DNA of 64,000 bases from Minisyncoccota bacterium (GCA_023140255.1 JAGLLX010000001.1:27861-91860), one strand, 5' to 3'; positions 9,051 through 19,518 are shown, counted from the first letter of the stretch. Program-made: numbers and translations. The notes: generated from the sequence alone by a model not told the origin.

Positions 9051-10307
9051 ATGGATAATATTTTATTTCAAATCAAAAAAATAATTCCCACTAAATTATT
9101 TAAATTAGGACAGCCTGCCTATCATTATATACTTGCTTTAACTGGAGCTGTTATTTATCGTTTCCCTTCTCGTAAAATATCTGTGATTGGAATAACTGGA
9201 ACAAAAGGAAAGACCTCTGTGGCTGAATTTGTAAATGTGATTTTAGAAGAAGCTGGTTATAAGACAGCTTTAGCTGGAACTTTACGTTTTAAAATAGGAA
9301 AAGAATCTATTCCAAATAAATTCAAAATGACAATGCCTGGAAGATTTTTTATCCAAAATTTTATTAGAAAAGCTGTAAATAAAAAATGTGATTATGTAAT
9401 CCTAGAAATGACATCTGAAGGAACAAAACAATTTAGACATAAATTTATATCACTTAATTCTTTAATTTTTACAAATTTAGCCCCTGAACATATAGAATCA
9501 CACGGTTCTTATGAAAATTATTTAAAAGCTAAGTTAAAAATTATCCAAGCTTTAGAAAGATCTCCTAAAAAAAATAAATCTATAATTGTAAATTCAGATG
9601 ATAAAGAGGGTTTTAAATTTTTAAATATAAATATTGAAAATAAAATATCTTATTCCCTTTCTGAAATTGAACCTTTTGAATTAAAAAAAGATGGTTTAAG
9701 TTTTACTTACCAAAACACAAAAATAGAATCCCCTCTTTCAGGAGAGTTTAATATTTATAATATTTTATCTGCAATTAAATTTGCAGAAACTCAAAAAGTA
9801 GATATTAATATAATTAAAAAAGCAATTAAGAATTTTGAAATTATTAGAGGTAGAGTTGAAAAAATAAACGAAGGGCAAGATTTTGAAATAATAGTTGATT
9901 ATGCTCATACTCCAGATTCATTAGAGAAACTTTATCAAGCTTTCCCAAATTCAAATAAAATTTGTATTCTAGGAAACACAGGAGGAGGAAGAGATATTTG
10001 GAAAAGAAAAGTAATGGGATCAATTGCTGATAAATATTGTTCTAAAATTATATTAACAAACGAGGACCCTTATGATGAAGATCCTTTGAAAATACTTAAG
10101 GATGTTGCTGAAGGGGTTTCTAATATAAAATATGAAACTATTCTGGATAGGAAAGAAGCAATTAAAAAAGCAATTTCTCTTGCTCAGACAGGAGATACAA
10201 TTTTAATTTCAGGAAAAGGAACTGACCCTTATATAATGGGCCCAAATAATAGTAAAATTGAATGGGATGATGCAAGTGTTGTAAGAGAAATTCTTATTAG
10301 TGAATAA
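9051..10307 (+). CDS. murE: UDP-N-acetylmuramoyl-tripeptide synthetase (MurE family)
   Basis: IGITGTKGKTS, FTNLAPEHIESHG, VDYAHTPDSL, NEDPYDE, ISGKG. Confidence 0.88.
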   Translation: MDNILFQIKKIIPTKLFKLGQPAYHYILALTGAVIYRFPSRKISVIGITGTKGKTSVAEFVNVILEEAGYKTALAGTLRFKIGKESIPNKFKMTMPGRFFIQNFIRKAVNKKCDYVILEMTSEGTKQFRHKFISLNSLIFTNLAPEHIESHGSYENYLKAKLKIIQALERSPKKNKSIIVNSDDKEGFKFLNINIENKISYSLSEIEPFELKKDGLSFTYQNTKIESPLSGEFNIYNILSAIKFAETQKVDINIIKKAIKNFEIIRGRVEKINEGQDFEIIVDYAHTPDSLEKLYQAFPNSNKICILGNTGGGRDIWKRKVMGSIADKYCSKIILTNEDPYDEDPLKILKDVAEGVSNIKYETILDRKEAIKKAISLAQTGDTILISGKGTDPYIMGPNNSKIEWDDASVVREILISE

Positions 10308-10349
10308 GGTTTCTTTTTTATTCCTTTTTGTTTTATAATAAATTTAATT

Positions 10350-11309
10350 ATGGATGACGCTGCAAAATCAATACTTTTTATATTACTAGGTTTAGGATTA
10401 TTTTGGTTTATTACCGGTGGTCTTAATCGTATGGAAGAAGGTATGTTTATAACTCCCCCAACTTTTGAAAAACCAAGTGAAGTTTATGGAGAAGTTCCTT
10501 CTTTTTGGGATTTCTTAAAAAGACCTGCTTCTGAACAAAATCTTTCCCCTGAAGAAAAACTTCAATTAGAAATAGAGCAAGCTAAAAAAGAAGCTGATCA
10601 AATAGAATATGATTTAGAAAAAATTAAAGAATTAGAAGATACATCTATTTATAAAAACAAAATAGAAATTAGTAGAAGTTACGGATCTCGTTCTAATGTA
10701 AACGAAGAATATATTAAATTAAAAGTAAATAATCTTGGTGGAGAAAAATTACAAATTTCTGACTGGACATTAAAAAGTAAAATGACTGGACAAGAAATTT
10801 CTTTAGGAAAAGTAGTTAAATTACCTTATACCTCACAAAATAATTACCTTCAAACTCTTTTTGTTTCTGGAGGTGAAGAAATAATTGTAATGAGTGGAAG
10901 ATCTCCAATCGGTTTTTCTTTTCAGATTAATAAATGTTCAGGATATTTAGAACAATTCCAAGATTTTGAACCAAGAATATCTAAAAATTGTCCTTTAATT
11001 GAAGATGAAAATTTACCGATTATAGGACCAAATGCTTTTAATGACGCTTGTTTAGATTTTATTGATGATATCTCTAGATGCGAAACACCTTTAAATTACC
11101 CTCTAGATATGCAAGGTGAATGTAGGAATTATTTAATAACAAATGCCAATCATAATACTTGTATAACTAATTATAAAAATGATTCTAATTTTTATAAAGC
11201 AGAATGGAGAATTTTCTTAAATAGAACACAAGAGTTGTGGAAAAAAGATAGAGAGATTATTGAATTACGAGATAACCAAGGTAAATTGGTTGATTCTTAT
11301 TCTTATTAA
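10350..11309 (+). CDS. Membrane-anchored hypothetical protein with lamin-tail-like segments and Cys-rich insert
   Basis: N-terminal TM; EEYIKL..ISDWTLK and IIELRDNQGKLVDSYSY resemble LTD ends. Confidence 0.6.
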   Translation: MDDAAKSILFILLGLGLFWFITGGLNRMEEGMFITPPTFEKPSEVYGEVPSFWDFLKRPASEQNLSPEEKLQLEIEQAKKEADQIEYDLEKIKELEDTSIYKNKIEISRSYGSRSNVNEEYIKLKVNNLGGEKLQISDWTLKSKMTGQEISLGKVVKLPYTSQNNYLQTLFVSGGEEIIVMSGRSPIGFSFQINKCSGYLEQFQDFEPRISKNCPLIEDENLPIIGPNAFNDACLDFIDDISRCETPLNYPLDMQGECRNYLITNANHNTCITNYKNDSNFYKAEWRIFLNRTQELWKKDREIIELRDNQGKLVDSYSY

Positions 11310-11779
11310 ATATTCAAAATTCTAAATAAAGCAATTCCTGTCGTTACAGAAACATTCAAAGATTCTTTATTTCCTTTCATTGGGATTTCTGCAATTTTAT
11401 CGCACTTCTGAAGAAGTTGTTTTGAAATTCCCTTTACCTCATTACCTACTATAAAAGCAGTGGATTTTTTTATTTTGATTTTTTTATAATCAATAGATTT
11501 TTTATCTTGTTCTATTCCAATTATTTCTACCCCTTCTTTTTTTAATTTATCAATTATTTTATTTGGCTGAGAAAAATATTCCCATTCAATATCTTTTTCT
11601 GCTCCAAGAGCTGTTTTTGAAATAGCTGAAACTTCCCTTCCAAATCTATCTATTGGTTTTGGTGTATAACCACTTAAAAATATTTTTGAAATACCACAAG
11701 CGTCTGCAGTTCTAAAAATAGAACCTACATTTTGAGCACTTCTAATGTTATGTAAAATAAGATAATATTTTTGTTTCAT
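11306..11779 (-). CDS. SpoU/TrmH-family RNA methyltransferase
   Basis: LHNIRSAQNVGSIFRTADA, VGNEVKGIS, IPMKGNKESLNVSV (SPOUT motifs). Confidence 0.92.
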   Translation of the reverse strand: MKQKYYLILHNIRSAQNVGSIFRTADACGISKIFLSGYTPKPIDRFGREVSAISKTALGAEKDIEWEYFSQPNKIIDKLKKEGVEIIGIEQDKKSIDYKKIKIKKSTAFIVGNEVKGISKQLLQKCDKIAEIPMKGNKESLNVSVTTGIALFRILNI

Positions 11780-11890
11780 CCTGTTAGAGATACTTTATTA
11801 AAAGTCTTTCTAACGGGACAAATCCCTTACTTTTAATAAATATCTTTAAATTAAATTATTAATCTTTTTCCCGCCAGATCTCTAACGGGA
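11780..11890. mobile_element. MITE/REP-like element, copy 2
   Basis: CCTGTTAGAG...CTCTAACGGGA, flanked by TTCAT on both sides; homologous to 5362-5474. Confidence 0.7.
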
Positions 11891-11956
11891 TTCATTTTTT
11901 TAGTATAAAAAAATAGTGCGAGTTTTACAACCCGCACTATATACTAACACCTCTTT

Positions 11957-12421
11957 TTAATAAACAGAGGTATCAACAGGACTACTTTCAAGAATAAAAG
12001 AATTTGTTCCTTTATTCTCTTTTTTCCCCATCATCGTCCTCCTCATAGTTTCGGCCGCTGCAATTCCCTCTTTTTCCTTTTTTGTAAAAAGGTTTTCGGG
12101 AACTTTATACCCATTAATTACAATAGGTACTCCAGCAATCAATTTTAACTTTGCATTTTGGGGATCAAACTCAATCCCCATCTGTCTTGCAAGCTCACAT
12201 ACTCGTGCAGAAACACGAAAGTATTCAGCTTGCCTTTTAAGACTTTTGCAACGACGTCTTTCCCTCCGTGCTATAACACGAGATTTCTGAACTACTGATA
12301 CCTTTGACACCTTAGGAGGAACTGAATCGGGCACCAAAACATCTATGGCAGCTAAAGCACCTATAAAAATAACAATGAGCCCGACAAAAATAATCCCAAC
12401 AACCTTAATCATCTTTTTCAT
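11957..12421 (-). CDS. Hypothetical protein with N-terminal TM/signal, cassette-like
   Basis: SD AAGGAGAAGGAG, TTGACA promoter at 12474-12503, downstream hairpin ATAGTGCG..CGCACTAT. Confidence 0.65.
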   Translation of the reverse strand: MKKMIKVVGIIFVGLIVIFIGALAAIDVLVPDSVPPKVSKVSVVQKSRVIARRERRRCKSLKRQAEYFRVSARVCELARQMGIEFDPQNAKLKLIAGVPIVINGYKVPENLFTKKEKEGIAAAETMRRTMMGKKENKGTNSFILESSPVDTSVY

Positions 12422-12523
12422 TCTCCTTCTCCTTTTTTATTTAAATTAAATTATTTTAAACTTCTCTATATATAGAGTACCATTAATACATAGCAAGTGT
12501 CAAATTATATAATCAAAGCCTAA

Positions 12524-12578
12524 TTTCTTTTTGTTAAAATAGTAGACATCCGATGTCTACTATTTTAACAAAAAGAAA
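12524..12578. repeat. Perfect palindrome with 27-bp arms
   Basis: TTTCTTTTTGTTAAAATAGTAGACATC-C-GATGTCTACTATTTTAACAAAAAGAAA. Confidence 0.85.
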
Positions 12579-12629
12579 AGGTAATATTTTCCCTATACTC
12601 TATTCTACTTATTATGTTATAATAAAAAA

Positions 12630-12998
12630 ATGTTAAACACGTTTCCGGATTTACTAACCTTATCTTTTATAGCTCCTCTTATCTTAAGGATTTTTTTAGG
12701 TATTTATTTAATTAAAAACGGATGGAAAGAGATATCCACATACAAAAATAGAAATTTTAGTTATATTAGACTTTTTAAATTATTAAAAGTTTTAGGTGCT
12801 TTTTTACTTATTTTAGGATTCCTTACTCAAATAACTAGTCTTTTCTTAATGTTAATAATTCTTTTTGATATTAGTTTTAAAATTAAAAATAATAAATTAG
12901 AAAAAAAAGAATTGGATTTATATATTATTATCTTTGGAGTTTTATTGTCTTTAATTCTTTCTGGAGCTGGGTTTTTAGCTATTGATATACCTTTGTAG
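12630..12998 (+). CDS. DoxX-family membrane protein
   Basis: APLILRIFLG, LLILGFLTQ, LSGAGFLAID. Confidence 0.75.
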   Translation: MLNTFPDLLTLSFIAPLILRIFLGIYLIKNGWKEISTYKNRNFSYIRLFKLLKVLGAFLLILGFLTQITSLFLMLIILFDISFKIKNNKLEKKELDLYIIIFGVLLSLILSGAGFLAIDIPL

Positions 12999-13059
12999 GA
13001 AAATTCTATTGGACTTTTCCTGTTTTTTTGATATTATCTTTTTGTGTTTACATATTATA

Positions 13060-13105
13060 TCCGCCCGTACTTGCCTACCGGCATAGGCAGGGCTCAGGGG
13101 TGGAG
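13060..13105 (+). pseudogene. Degenerate 5' fragment of tRNA-Lys interrupted by a REP-like palindrome
   Basis: TATCCGCCCGTA[CTTGCCTACCGGCATAGGCAGG]GCTCAG versus the true tRNA start TATCCGCCCGTAGCTCAG. Confidence 0.6.
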
Positions 13106-13194
13106 ATGAAAGCGATGTTTAAGAGCTTCCATGGCTTTTAAGTTCATTTAAAAGGTTGTGGAAAATAGTTGAAAACAAAATACAAAATATATAT

Positions 13195-13267
13195 CCGCCC
13201 GTAGCTCAGATGGTAGAGCAGCAGCCTTTTAAGCTGACGGTCGCAGGTTCGATCCCTGCCGGGCGGA
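13195..13267 (+). tRNA. tRNA-Lys(TTT)
   Basis: CCGCCCGTAGCTCAGATGGTAGAGC..CAGC-CTTTTAA-GCTG..GGTTCGATCCCTGCCGGGCGGA. Confidence 0.95.
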
Positions 13268-13322
13268 CATGAAATACTTAACCCTAAAGCGCCTAGCTTT
13301 AGGGTTAAGTATTTTACTGCTT

Positions 13323-14072
13323 TTAAATCTCTAAAATAAATTTTTCTAAAGCTAAATCAAATTCACACAAACCTCTTCGTGCATCATGATAAATAGTGAC
13401 TAAATCTGAACTAATTTTTTTCAATTCTTCTTCTGAATATTTTTTTAAATAACTTTCAGCTTTATTAAACACAAAAGGTTTTAAATTTGCCTCAACAGCA
13501 TTTTTTGAATTTAAAGCCTGAAACATCACCCTTAATTGCCAAAAAAGAATACCACTTACTTCTTCAGTAGAAATATTTTTGTTTTTTGTTTTTTGATACA
13601 AAACCCATAAATCTTTTTTATTTCTGTTTCCAAAACAAGTAGCTAAATCAAAAATATTAAAATCATTAATTTGAAAATCTCCATTTCTAGTAGCAAAAGT
13701 TCTTCCTCCATTCTCTTTTAGTGAAAATTCCTGAACTTTTGTAGCATATTTCTCAATCTTCTTTAAAATAGGTTTATTGATTTTTTTCTCTTTAAATAAA
13801 AAGATATTTTCTGACTCTGATATTTCTTTCAATTTATTTAAAATAAAATCTTGAGTATCTTTATCTTCAAACAAAAAATCCATTTGAATAATATATTTTT
13901 GTTCAAATAAACCTTGCCCAAATAACAATTCTTCTAATTTACTTTCATTAAAATTATCTAAATCTAATTTAAAAAAACTAGCATTTGGTTTTTTAATAAA
14001 TAATAAATCCAATAAAGAATCTAGTTTTTTCTTAGCTTTTTGAGTATTATTTCCGTACAAAAAATATAACAT
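13323..14072 (-). CDS. holA: DNA polymerase III delta subunit (divergent, shortened)
   Basis: MLYFLYG, GQGLF, NIFDL, LKPFVFNKA, LALEKFILEI pattern of HolA. Confidence 0.65.
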   Translation of the reverse strand: MLYFLYGNNTQKAKKKLDSLLDLLFIKKPNASFFKLDLDNFNESKLEELLFGQGLFEQKYIIQMDFLFEDKDTQDFILNKLKEISESENIFLFKEKKINKPILKKIEKYATKVQEFSLKENGGRTFATRNGDFQINDFNIFDLATCFGNRNKKDLWVLYQKTKNKNISTEEVSGILFWQLRVMFQALNSKNAVEANLKPFVFNKAESYLKKYSEEELKKISSDLVTIYHDARRGLCEFDLALEKFILEI

Positions 14073-14139
14073 ATTCCTTAAGTATAAAATAAAAAAAAGT
14101 AATCGCAAAGCGACTACTTAAATCTTTTATTTTTAATAA

Positions 14140-14616
14140 TTACCACCTCTCTGAATAATTAGTAAAACATTCTTCTTTATCATTTTGGATTCTGTTTTTA
14201 TCTTTTAATTTATGAGGAGAAATTTGATTTTCACACTCACCTACTTCAAATAATTTATCTCCATTTAAACTTAAATCTAAAGAAATACACTTACCTAAAA
14301 CTTTATCGTAATGAATTAATAACTCTTCCCATTCATTTTCAACTTTCATTAAACACTCATTTAACAAAACTCTATTTACAGAATTATTATTTAAAAAATT
14401 CGTGATAGTAGCTGTATTTTTATATTCTTCTTTTTTAAATAAATCTTCAATAAAATTAAAAACTTTATTTAAAGAGGCACTTTCTAACCCTATATCTTCT
14501 TTTTGTAAATATGAATTTTCTGCTCGTGTAACAGCAGCATAATAAATTACTGTAAATATAATTACTAAAATTAAAAAAACAATAAATATAAATTTTAAAA
14601 TCTTTTTATAATCCAT
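14140..14616 (-). CDS. Hypothetical membrane-anchored protein
   Basis: N-terminal TM, 4 Cys; leader contains boxA-like GCAGTTCTTTA. Confidence 0.6.
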   Translation of the reverse strand: MDYKKILKFIFIVFLILVIIFTVIYYAAVTRAENSYLQKEDIGLESASLNKVFNFIEDLFKKEEYKNTATITNFLNNNSVNRVLLNECLMKVENEWEELLIHYDKVLGKCISLDLSLNGDKLFEVGECENQISPHKLKDKNRIQNDKEECFTNYSERW

Positions 14617-14737
14617 AAAAACAAAAAACTTTTGTATATAAATACATACAAAAGATTTATTAAATTATTTTAAACAATTATTAATAAAGAACTGCTTAAG
14701 ACAATTATTTTAAACGAAAGGATTTGATTATGCAAAT

Positions 14738-17158
14738 TTAACCAAGGGATAAGTCAAAATTAACTAGATTCCCCCAGCTTTTACCTTGCTTAACACTCAC
14801 TTGAAAAGTGATTCCATAACTCTGGTCTAATGGTATTATTGTTTCCATTATCTCTTTTATTTTTAAAATATATTTTTTATCAACACCTTCTTTAATTTCA
14901 AAAATTAATTCATCATGAACCTGAAGAAGTAATTTAATATCTTTTTCTAATTTATTTTCAGTAATATATTTATTAATTCTTATCATTGCTATTTTTAAGA
15001 TATCAGCGCTTGTCCCTTGCACAGGAGCGTTAATAGCCATTCTTTCTGCCATTGCTTTAATAAAAGGTATTTTTGATTTTATTCCTTCAAAATAACGCAT
15101 TCTTCCAAAAAAAGTTTTAGTGTAGCCTGTTTTTGATGCATCATTCTTAACTTTTTCTAAATAACTAGCTACTGTTTTAAAAGTCTCAAAATATTTATTA
15201 TAAAAATCTTGTGCCTCTTTACGAGTTATTTTTTCTAACCCACCAGAAGCATCTTCCATATTTTGTCTTAAAGAATTAACACCCATCCCATAAATCATTC
15301 CAAAGTTCACAGTTTTTGCTTTTCTTCTCATCCCATCATTTACTTTTTCTAAAGGTACTCCAAAAATTTTAGAAGCTACAGCAGAATGAACATCATCTCC
15401 TTTTTTAAAAATCTCTATCATATTTTTATCCTCTGACAACATAGCCACAACCCTTAATTCTACTTGTGAATAATCAAAAGCAACTAAGTCAAAACCTTCT
15501 TGAGATTTAAAAGCCTCTCTTATTTTTCTTCCTTGTTCTGTTTTGATAGGAATATTTTGTAGGTTAGGGTGATTAGATGAAATTCTCCCAGTAGTCGTTC
15601 CTGTTTGTAAAAAAGTAGTGTGAATCAAACTTTTCTGATCAGTTAATTTAGGTAAACTATCAATATAAGTTGATAATAATTTCTTTAACTCTCTGTATTT
15701 TAAAATATTTCCAATAACAGGGTGAACTTCTATCATTTTTTGCAACTCAGATTCTTTAGTTGAACGCATTCCTGTTGAAGTTTTTTTTCTACTTTTAGTT
15801 TCTAGATTCATTTTTTCAAAAAGAACTTCTGATAATTGTTTAGGAGAGTTTATGTTAAATTCCTCCCCTGTTTGCTTCCAAATTTCTTTTTCTAAAATAT
15901 TTAATTTTTTTGTATAATCAACAGACAACTCTTTTAAATATTTTAAATCTAATTTAATTCCATTTTCCTTCATCTTCTTAAAAATCGGAATAAGTGGAAT
16001 TTCAATATTATTATAAACTTCTTCTAAATTATTTTTTTTAATTTCTTCTAAAATTTTTTCTTGAGCCTTTTTAAAAGTTTTTTCTCCTATATAATCTTTT
16101 ATTTCTTCAATAGAAGTTTTTGTTTTATCAGAGTTTAACAACCACAAAGCAATTGCTGTTTTTTCAAAATCTGAATCACTTACCACTTCTTCTGGTTCCT
16201 TAGATTTAGAAATATTTTCTGATTCTTGTCTCCCTTCTTCTTGATTAAAAAATAATGTTCTAGCTCTTTGTAAAAGGGTTCTAAAACCTAAATCTTGGAA
16301 TAAAGAAATTATTTTTTCCTCACTAACTCCTTCTTTCCAAATTTTTTTTGGTAAAATAAATTTAATAGGAACATTTAATTGAATAGTTGCTAGTTCTTTT
16401 GAAAAAAGAGCTTCTTCTTTATTATCTTTTAGTAAATTAATAATTCTTGGCTTAATTCCTTTATCTAAAAAAACATCTTCATCTTTTTCTAGTTTTTTAT
16501 AGATATCTTCAATAGTCCCAAAATTACAAACCAAAATAGTTGCTATTTTATCTCCTATCCCTTTAATTCCTTTAATATTATCTGAGGGGTCTCCTCTTAA
16601 TCCTTTATAATCTATCAATATTTTAGGACCAAAACCAAATCTGTCTACAACCGCCTTTTCATCATATAAAATAACATTATTAATTCCTGTTTTAAGAGTA
16701 TAAACCTGCACTTTTTTATTATCTACTAATTGTAAAGTGTCCATATCTCCAGAAGCAATAATGACATCAATATCTTTGTCTTTTAATTGCTCAGCGATTG
16801 TCCCTAAAATATCATCAGCTTCAAAACCCTCTTTCTCATAAATAGGAATATTAAAAACTTTAAAAATATCCCTAGATCTTTCTATTTGAGAAATTAATTC
16901 TTCATCAGGTTTTTTTCTTCCAGCTTTATAATCTTTATAAATTTCATGTCTATAAGTTTTTTTAGGTAAATCATAACAAGCCACAATATAATCTGGGCTA
17001 AAATCAGAAATTATTTTTAATAACATTGAAGAAACCCCATATAAAGCACCTGTTGGCTCTCCTTTACTTGAACTGAAATCAGGAAGAGCATGATAGGCTC
17101 TATGTAGAATTGCGTAAGCATCCAGAAGAACTATTTTTTTTGTATTTTCTTTAGTCAT
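14738..17158 (-). CDS. polA: DNA polymerase I (5'-3' exonuclease + polymerase; 3'-5' exonuclease domain degenerate)
   Basis: LLDAYAILHRAYHA, EADDILGT, GDPSDNI, TTTGRISSNHPNLQNIP, DYSQVELR, LLQVHDEL. Confidence 0.96.
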   Translation of the reverse strand: MTKENTKKIVLLDAYAILHRAYHALPDFSSSKGEPTGALYGVSSMLLKIISDFSPDYIVACYDLPKKTYRHEIYKDYKAGRKKPDEELISQIERSRDIFKVFNIPIYEKEGFEADDILGTIAEQLKDKDIDVIIASGDMDTLQLVDNKKVQVYTLKTGINNVILYDEKAVVDRFGFGPKILIDYKGLRGDPSDNIKGIKGIGDKIATILVCNFGTIEDIYKKLEKDEDVFLDKGIKPRIINLLKDNKEEALFSKELATIQLNVPIKFILPKKIWKEGVSEEKIISLFQDLGFRTLLQRARTLFFNQEEGRQESENISKSKEPEEVVSDSDFEKTAIALWLLNSDKTKTSIEEIKDYIGEKTFKKAQEKILEEIKKNNLEEVYNNIEIPLIPIFKKMKENGIKLDLKYLKELSVDYTKKLNILEKEIWKQTGEEFNINSPKQLSEVLFEKMNLETKSRKKTSTGMRSTKESELQKMIEVHPVIGNILKYRELKKLLSTYIDSLPKLTDQKSLIHTTFLQTGTTTGRISSNHPNLQNIPIKTEQGRKIREAFKSQEGFDLVAFDYSQVELRVVAMLSEDKNMIEIFKKGDDVHSAVASKIFGVPLEKVNDGMRRKAKTVNFGMIYGMGVNSLRQNMEDASGGLEKITRKEAQDFYNKYFETFKTVASYLEKVKNDASKTGYTKTFFGRMRYFEGIKSKIPFIKAMAERMAINAPVQGTSADILKIAMIRINKYITENKLEKDIKLLLQVHDELIFEIKEGVDKKYILKIKEIMETIIPLDQSYGITFQVSVKQGKSWGNLVNFDLSLG

Positions 17159-17594
17159 AAATTATTTCTCTTTTATTTTCATCTATAAATTTAAAACTTA
17201 TTTTCTTTACTTTTTTAGGTAGAACTTCTTTCACCCTTTCTGGCCATTCTATAAAAATAATATTTCTATTATCTTGAATATTTTCTCTCCAATTTAAATT
17301 TAATAATTCTTCTCCTGACTCTAACCTATAAGCATCAATATGAATTAAATTTTCAAAACCTAAATTATTATCTTCAATTTTATATTGTTTTTGAATTACA
17401 AAGGTTGGACTAGTAATATAATCTTTGATTTTAAAAAAATTTGCTACCGCTTGAGTAAAAGTAGTCTTTCCTGAACCTAAATCACCTGTCAATATTATTA
17501 TTTCAGCTCTATTTTGCTCCTTTTTTAAATTTTTAACATAAAAATCAGCAAAATCCCTCATTTCTTCTATATTTTTTATAATTTTCTTTTCCAT
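17151..17594 (-). CDS. tsaE: tRNA t6A biosynthesis ATPase TsaE
   Basis: LTGDLGSGKTTF, ITSPTF, HIDAYRL, IEWPE. Confidence 0.95.
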   Translation of the reverse strand: MEKKIIKNIEEMRDFADFYVKNLKKEQNRAEIIILTGDLGSGKTTFTQAVANFFKIKDYITSPTFVIQKQYKIEDNNLGFENLIHIDAYRLESGEELLNLNWRENIQDNRNIIFIEWPERVKEVLPKKVKKISFKFIDENKREIIYD

Positions 17595-17683
17595 TACCTA
17601 TTAATAATACCATATTCCCTCTTACTCTCCACATTTTAAGTACTACTTTCCAATCAATCTCTGATATAATATTAACTAAGATT

Positions 17684-19354
17684 ATGTTTGATTTAAAAAA
17701 TATAAAGGAACAAAAAGATGTCCAATTATTACGCGAACAAGAAGAGGAAGAATTAGCTAAAATTCTTTCTGTTAAATATGATGTTCGTTATATAAACTTA
17801 AAAACAGTTTCAATTAAAACAGATGCTCTTAAAATTGTTCCTGAAAAAAAATCACGAGAACTTAAAATAATTGTTTTTGAAAAAGTTGGTAAAAAAATTA
17901 AAGTTGCTGTTATTTCACCTAAAGAAACTGAAACCGTTGTATATTTAAAAAAATTAGAAGAAAAAGGCTATTCCTTAACTATTTATATGGTTTCTCATAA
18001 AAGTATTGAAAAAGCATGGTCTCGTTATGCTGAAATGTCTTACAATACAAAAACAACAGCTGGATTGGTTGATATTGTTCCAGAAAATGTAGAAAATATT
18101 TTTAGTAAAACAACTAATTTAGAAGACCTTAAAGAAATATTAAAAGATATTTTAAATAGTAAAGTTCAACATATTACTTCTCGTTTTTTTGAAGCGATAT
18201 TAGCAGGAGCTTTAGCTACAGGAGCTTCTGATATTCATATTGAACCTGAAGAAGATTTTATTACATTAAGATTTCGTTTAGATGGTGTATTGGTTGTAGT
18301 CGCTAAATTTAAAAAACATTTATATAAATTACTTCTTTCACGAATTAAATTAATTTCAGGATTGAAATTAAATGTAACTAAAAAACCACAAGACGGACGT
18401 TTAAGTATTAAATTACAAGAAAAAAGTGTTGAAATAAGAGTTTCTGTTCTCCCTGACGCTTATGGAGAATCTATTGTATTAAGATTATTAGATCCAGCTA
18501 ATATTTCAGTAACAATAAAAGATTTAGGAATAGAAAAGAATCTTTTTGAAATACTAAATAAAGAAATTCATAGGCCTAATGGAATGATTTTAAATACAGG
18601 TCCTACCGGATCAGGAAAAACTACTAGTCTTTATGCTTTTTTAAGGAAAATACATACCCCTGAAAATAAAATAATTACAATTGAAAATCCTATTGAGTAT
18701 CATTTACCAGGAATTGTCCAAACTCAAATAAATATAGATAAAGGTTATACTTTTCTTGAGGGATTAAAATCTTCATTAAGACAAGACCCTGATATAATAA
18801 TGGTGGGTGAGATCCGTGATACAGACACAGCAAAAGTTGCAGTTAACTCTGCTTTAACTGGCCATCTTGTTTTCTCTACCCTACACACAAATAATGCAGT
18901 TGGAACTTTTTATCGTTTAATAGATTTAGGAATACAAGCAAATATTATTAGTACTGCTATAAATATAATAATCGCGCAAAGACTTGTAAGGAAACCTTGT
19001 GAGCATTGTAAAAAAGAAGTTTTAATTGAAGAAAAAGACAAAGAAGAAATTTCTAAGATCTTAGGAGAGATAGATAATGTTGAAAAATATACAACTAATA
19101 CAGAAAAAATGTTTGTTCCTGTTGGATGTGATGAATGTAATAATACTGGGTATAAAGGAAGGATTGGAATTTTTGAAGCAATTTTAGTTAACGCTGAAAT
19201 CTCAAAATTACTAGAACAAAATCCTGGAAAAGAAGTTATAAAAACAATCTTCAAACAGCAAGGATTATTATCATTAGCTCAAGATGGAGTTATAAAAGTC
19301 TTGAACGGAGATACAACATTAGATGAATTACGAAGGGTTATTGATTTAGAATAA
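17684..19354 (+). CDS. pilB: Type IV pilus/T2SS assembly ATPase (PilB/GspE)
   Basis: ASDIHIEP, PQDGR, TGPTGSGKTT, LRQDPDIIMVGEIRD, GHLVFSTLHTN, CxxC Zn motifs. Confidence 0.9.
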   Translation: MFDLKNIKEQKDVQLLREQEEEELAKILSVKYDVRYINLKTVSIKTDALKIVPEKKSRELKIIVFEKVGKKIKVAVISPKETETVVYLKKLEEKGYSLTIYMVSHKSIEKAWSRYAEMSYNTKTTAGLVDIVPENVENIFSKTTNLEDLKEILKDILNSKVQHITSRFFEAILAGALATGASDIHIEPEEDFITLRFRLDGVLVVVAKFKKHLYKLLLSRIKLISGLKLNVTKKPQDGRLSIKLQEKSVEIRVSVLPDAYGESIVLRLLDPANISVTIKDLGIEKNLFEILNKEIHRPNGMILNTGPTGSGKTTSLYAFLRKIHTPENKIITIENPIEYHLPGIVQTQINIDKGYTFLEGLKSSLRQDPDIIMVGEIRDTDTAKVAVNSALTGHLVFSTLHTNNAVGTFYRLIDLGIQANIISTAINIIIAQRLVRKPCEHCKKEVLIEEKDKEEISKILGEIDNVEKYTTNTEKMFVPVGCDECNNTGYKGRIGIFEAILVNAEISKLLEQNPGKEVIKTIFKQQGLLSLAQDGVIKVLNGDTTLDELRRVIDLE

Positions 19355-19389
19355 AATTTATGTTTAGATAGGAGATAAGTACAAAATTA

Positions 19390-19518
19390 AAAACACAATT
19401 CTCTAAGTAAAACAAATGCAAAATATTTTTCTAAGGACTTTTTTTAGAAATATTAGTTAAACTAATCACCGAAAAAAACCTCAATCAATACCTTATATTA
19501 CTTAGAGAATTGTGTTTT
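19390..19518. repeat. 21-bp perfect inverted repeats enclosing ~87 bp (MITE-like)
   Basis: AAAACACAATTCTCTAAGTAA (19390-19410) / TTACTTAGAGAATTGTGTTTT (19498-19518). Confidence 0.75.
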
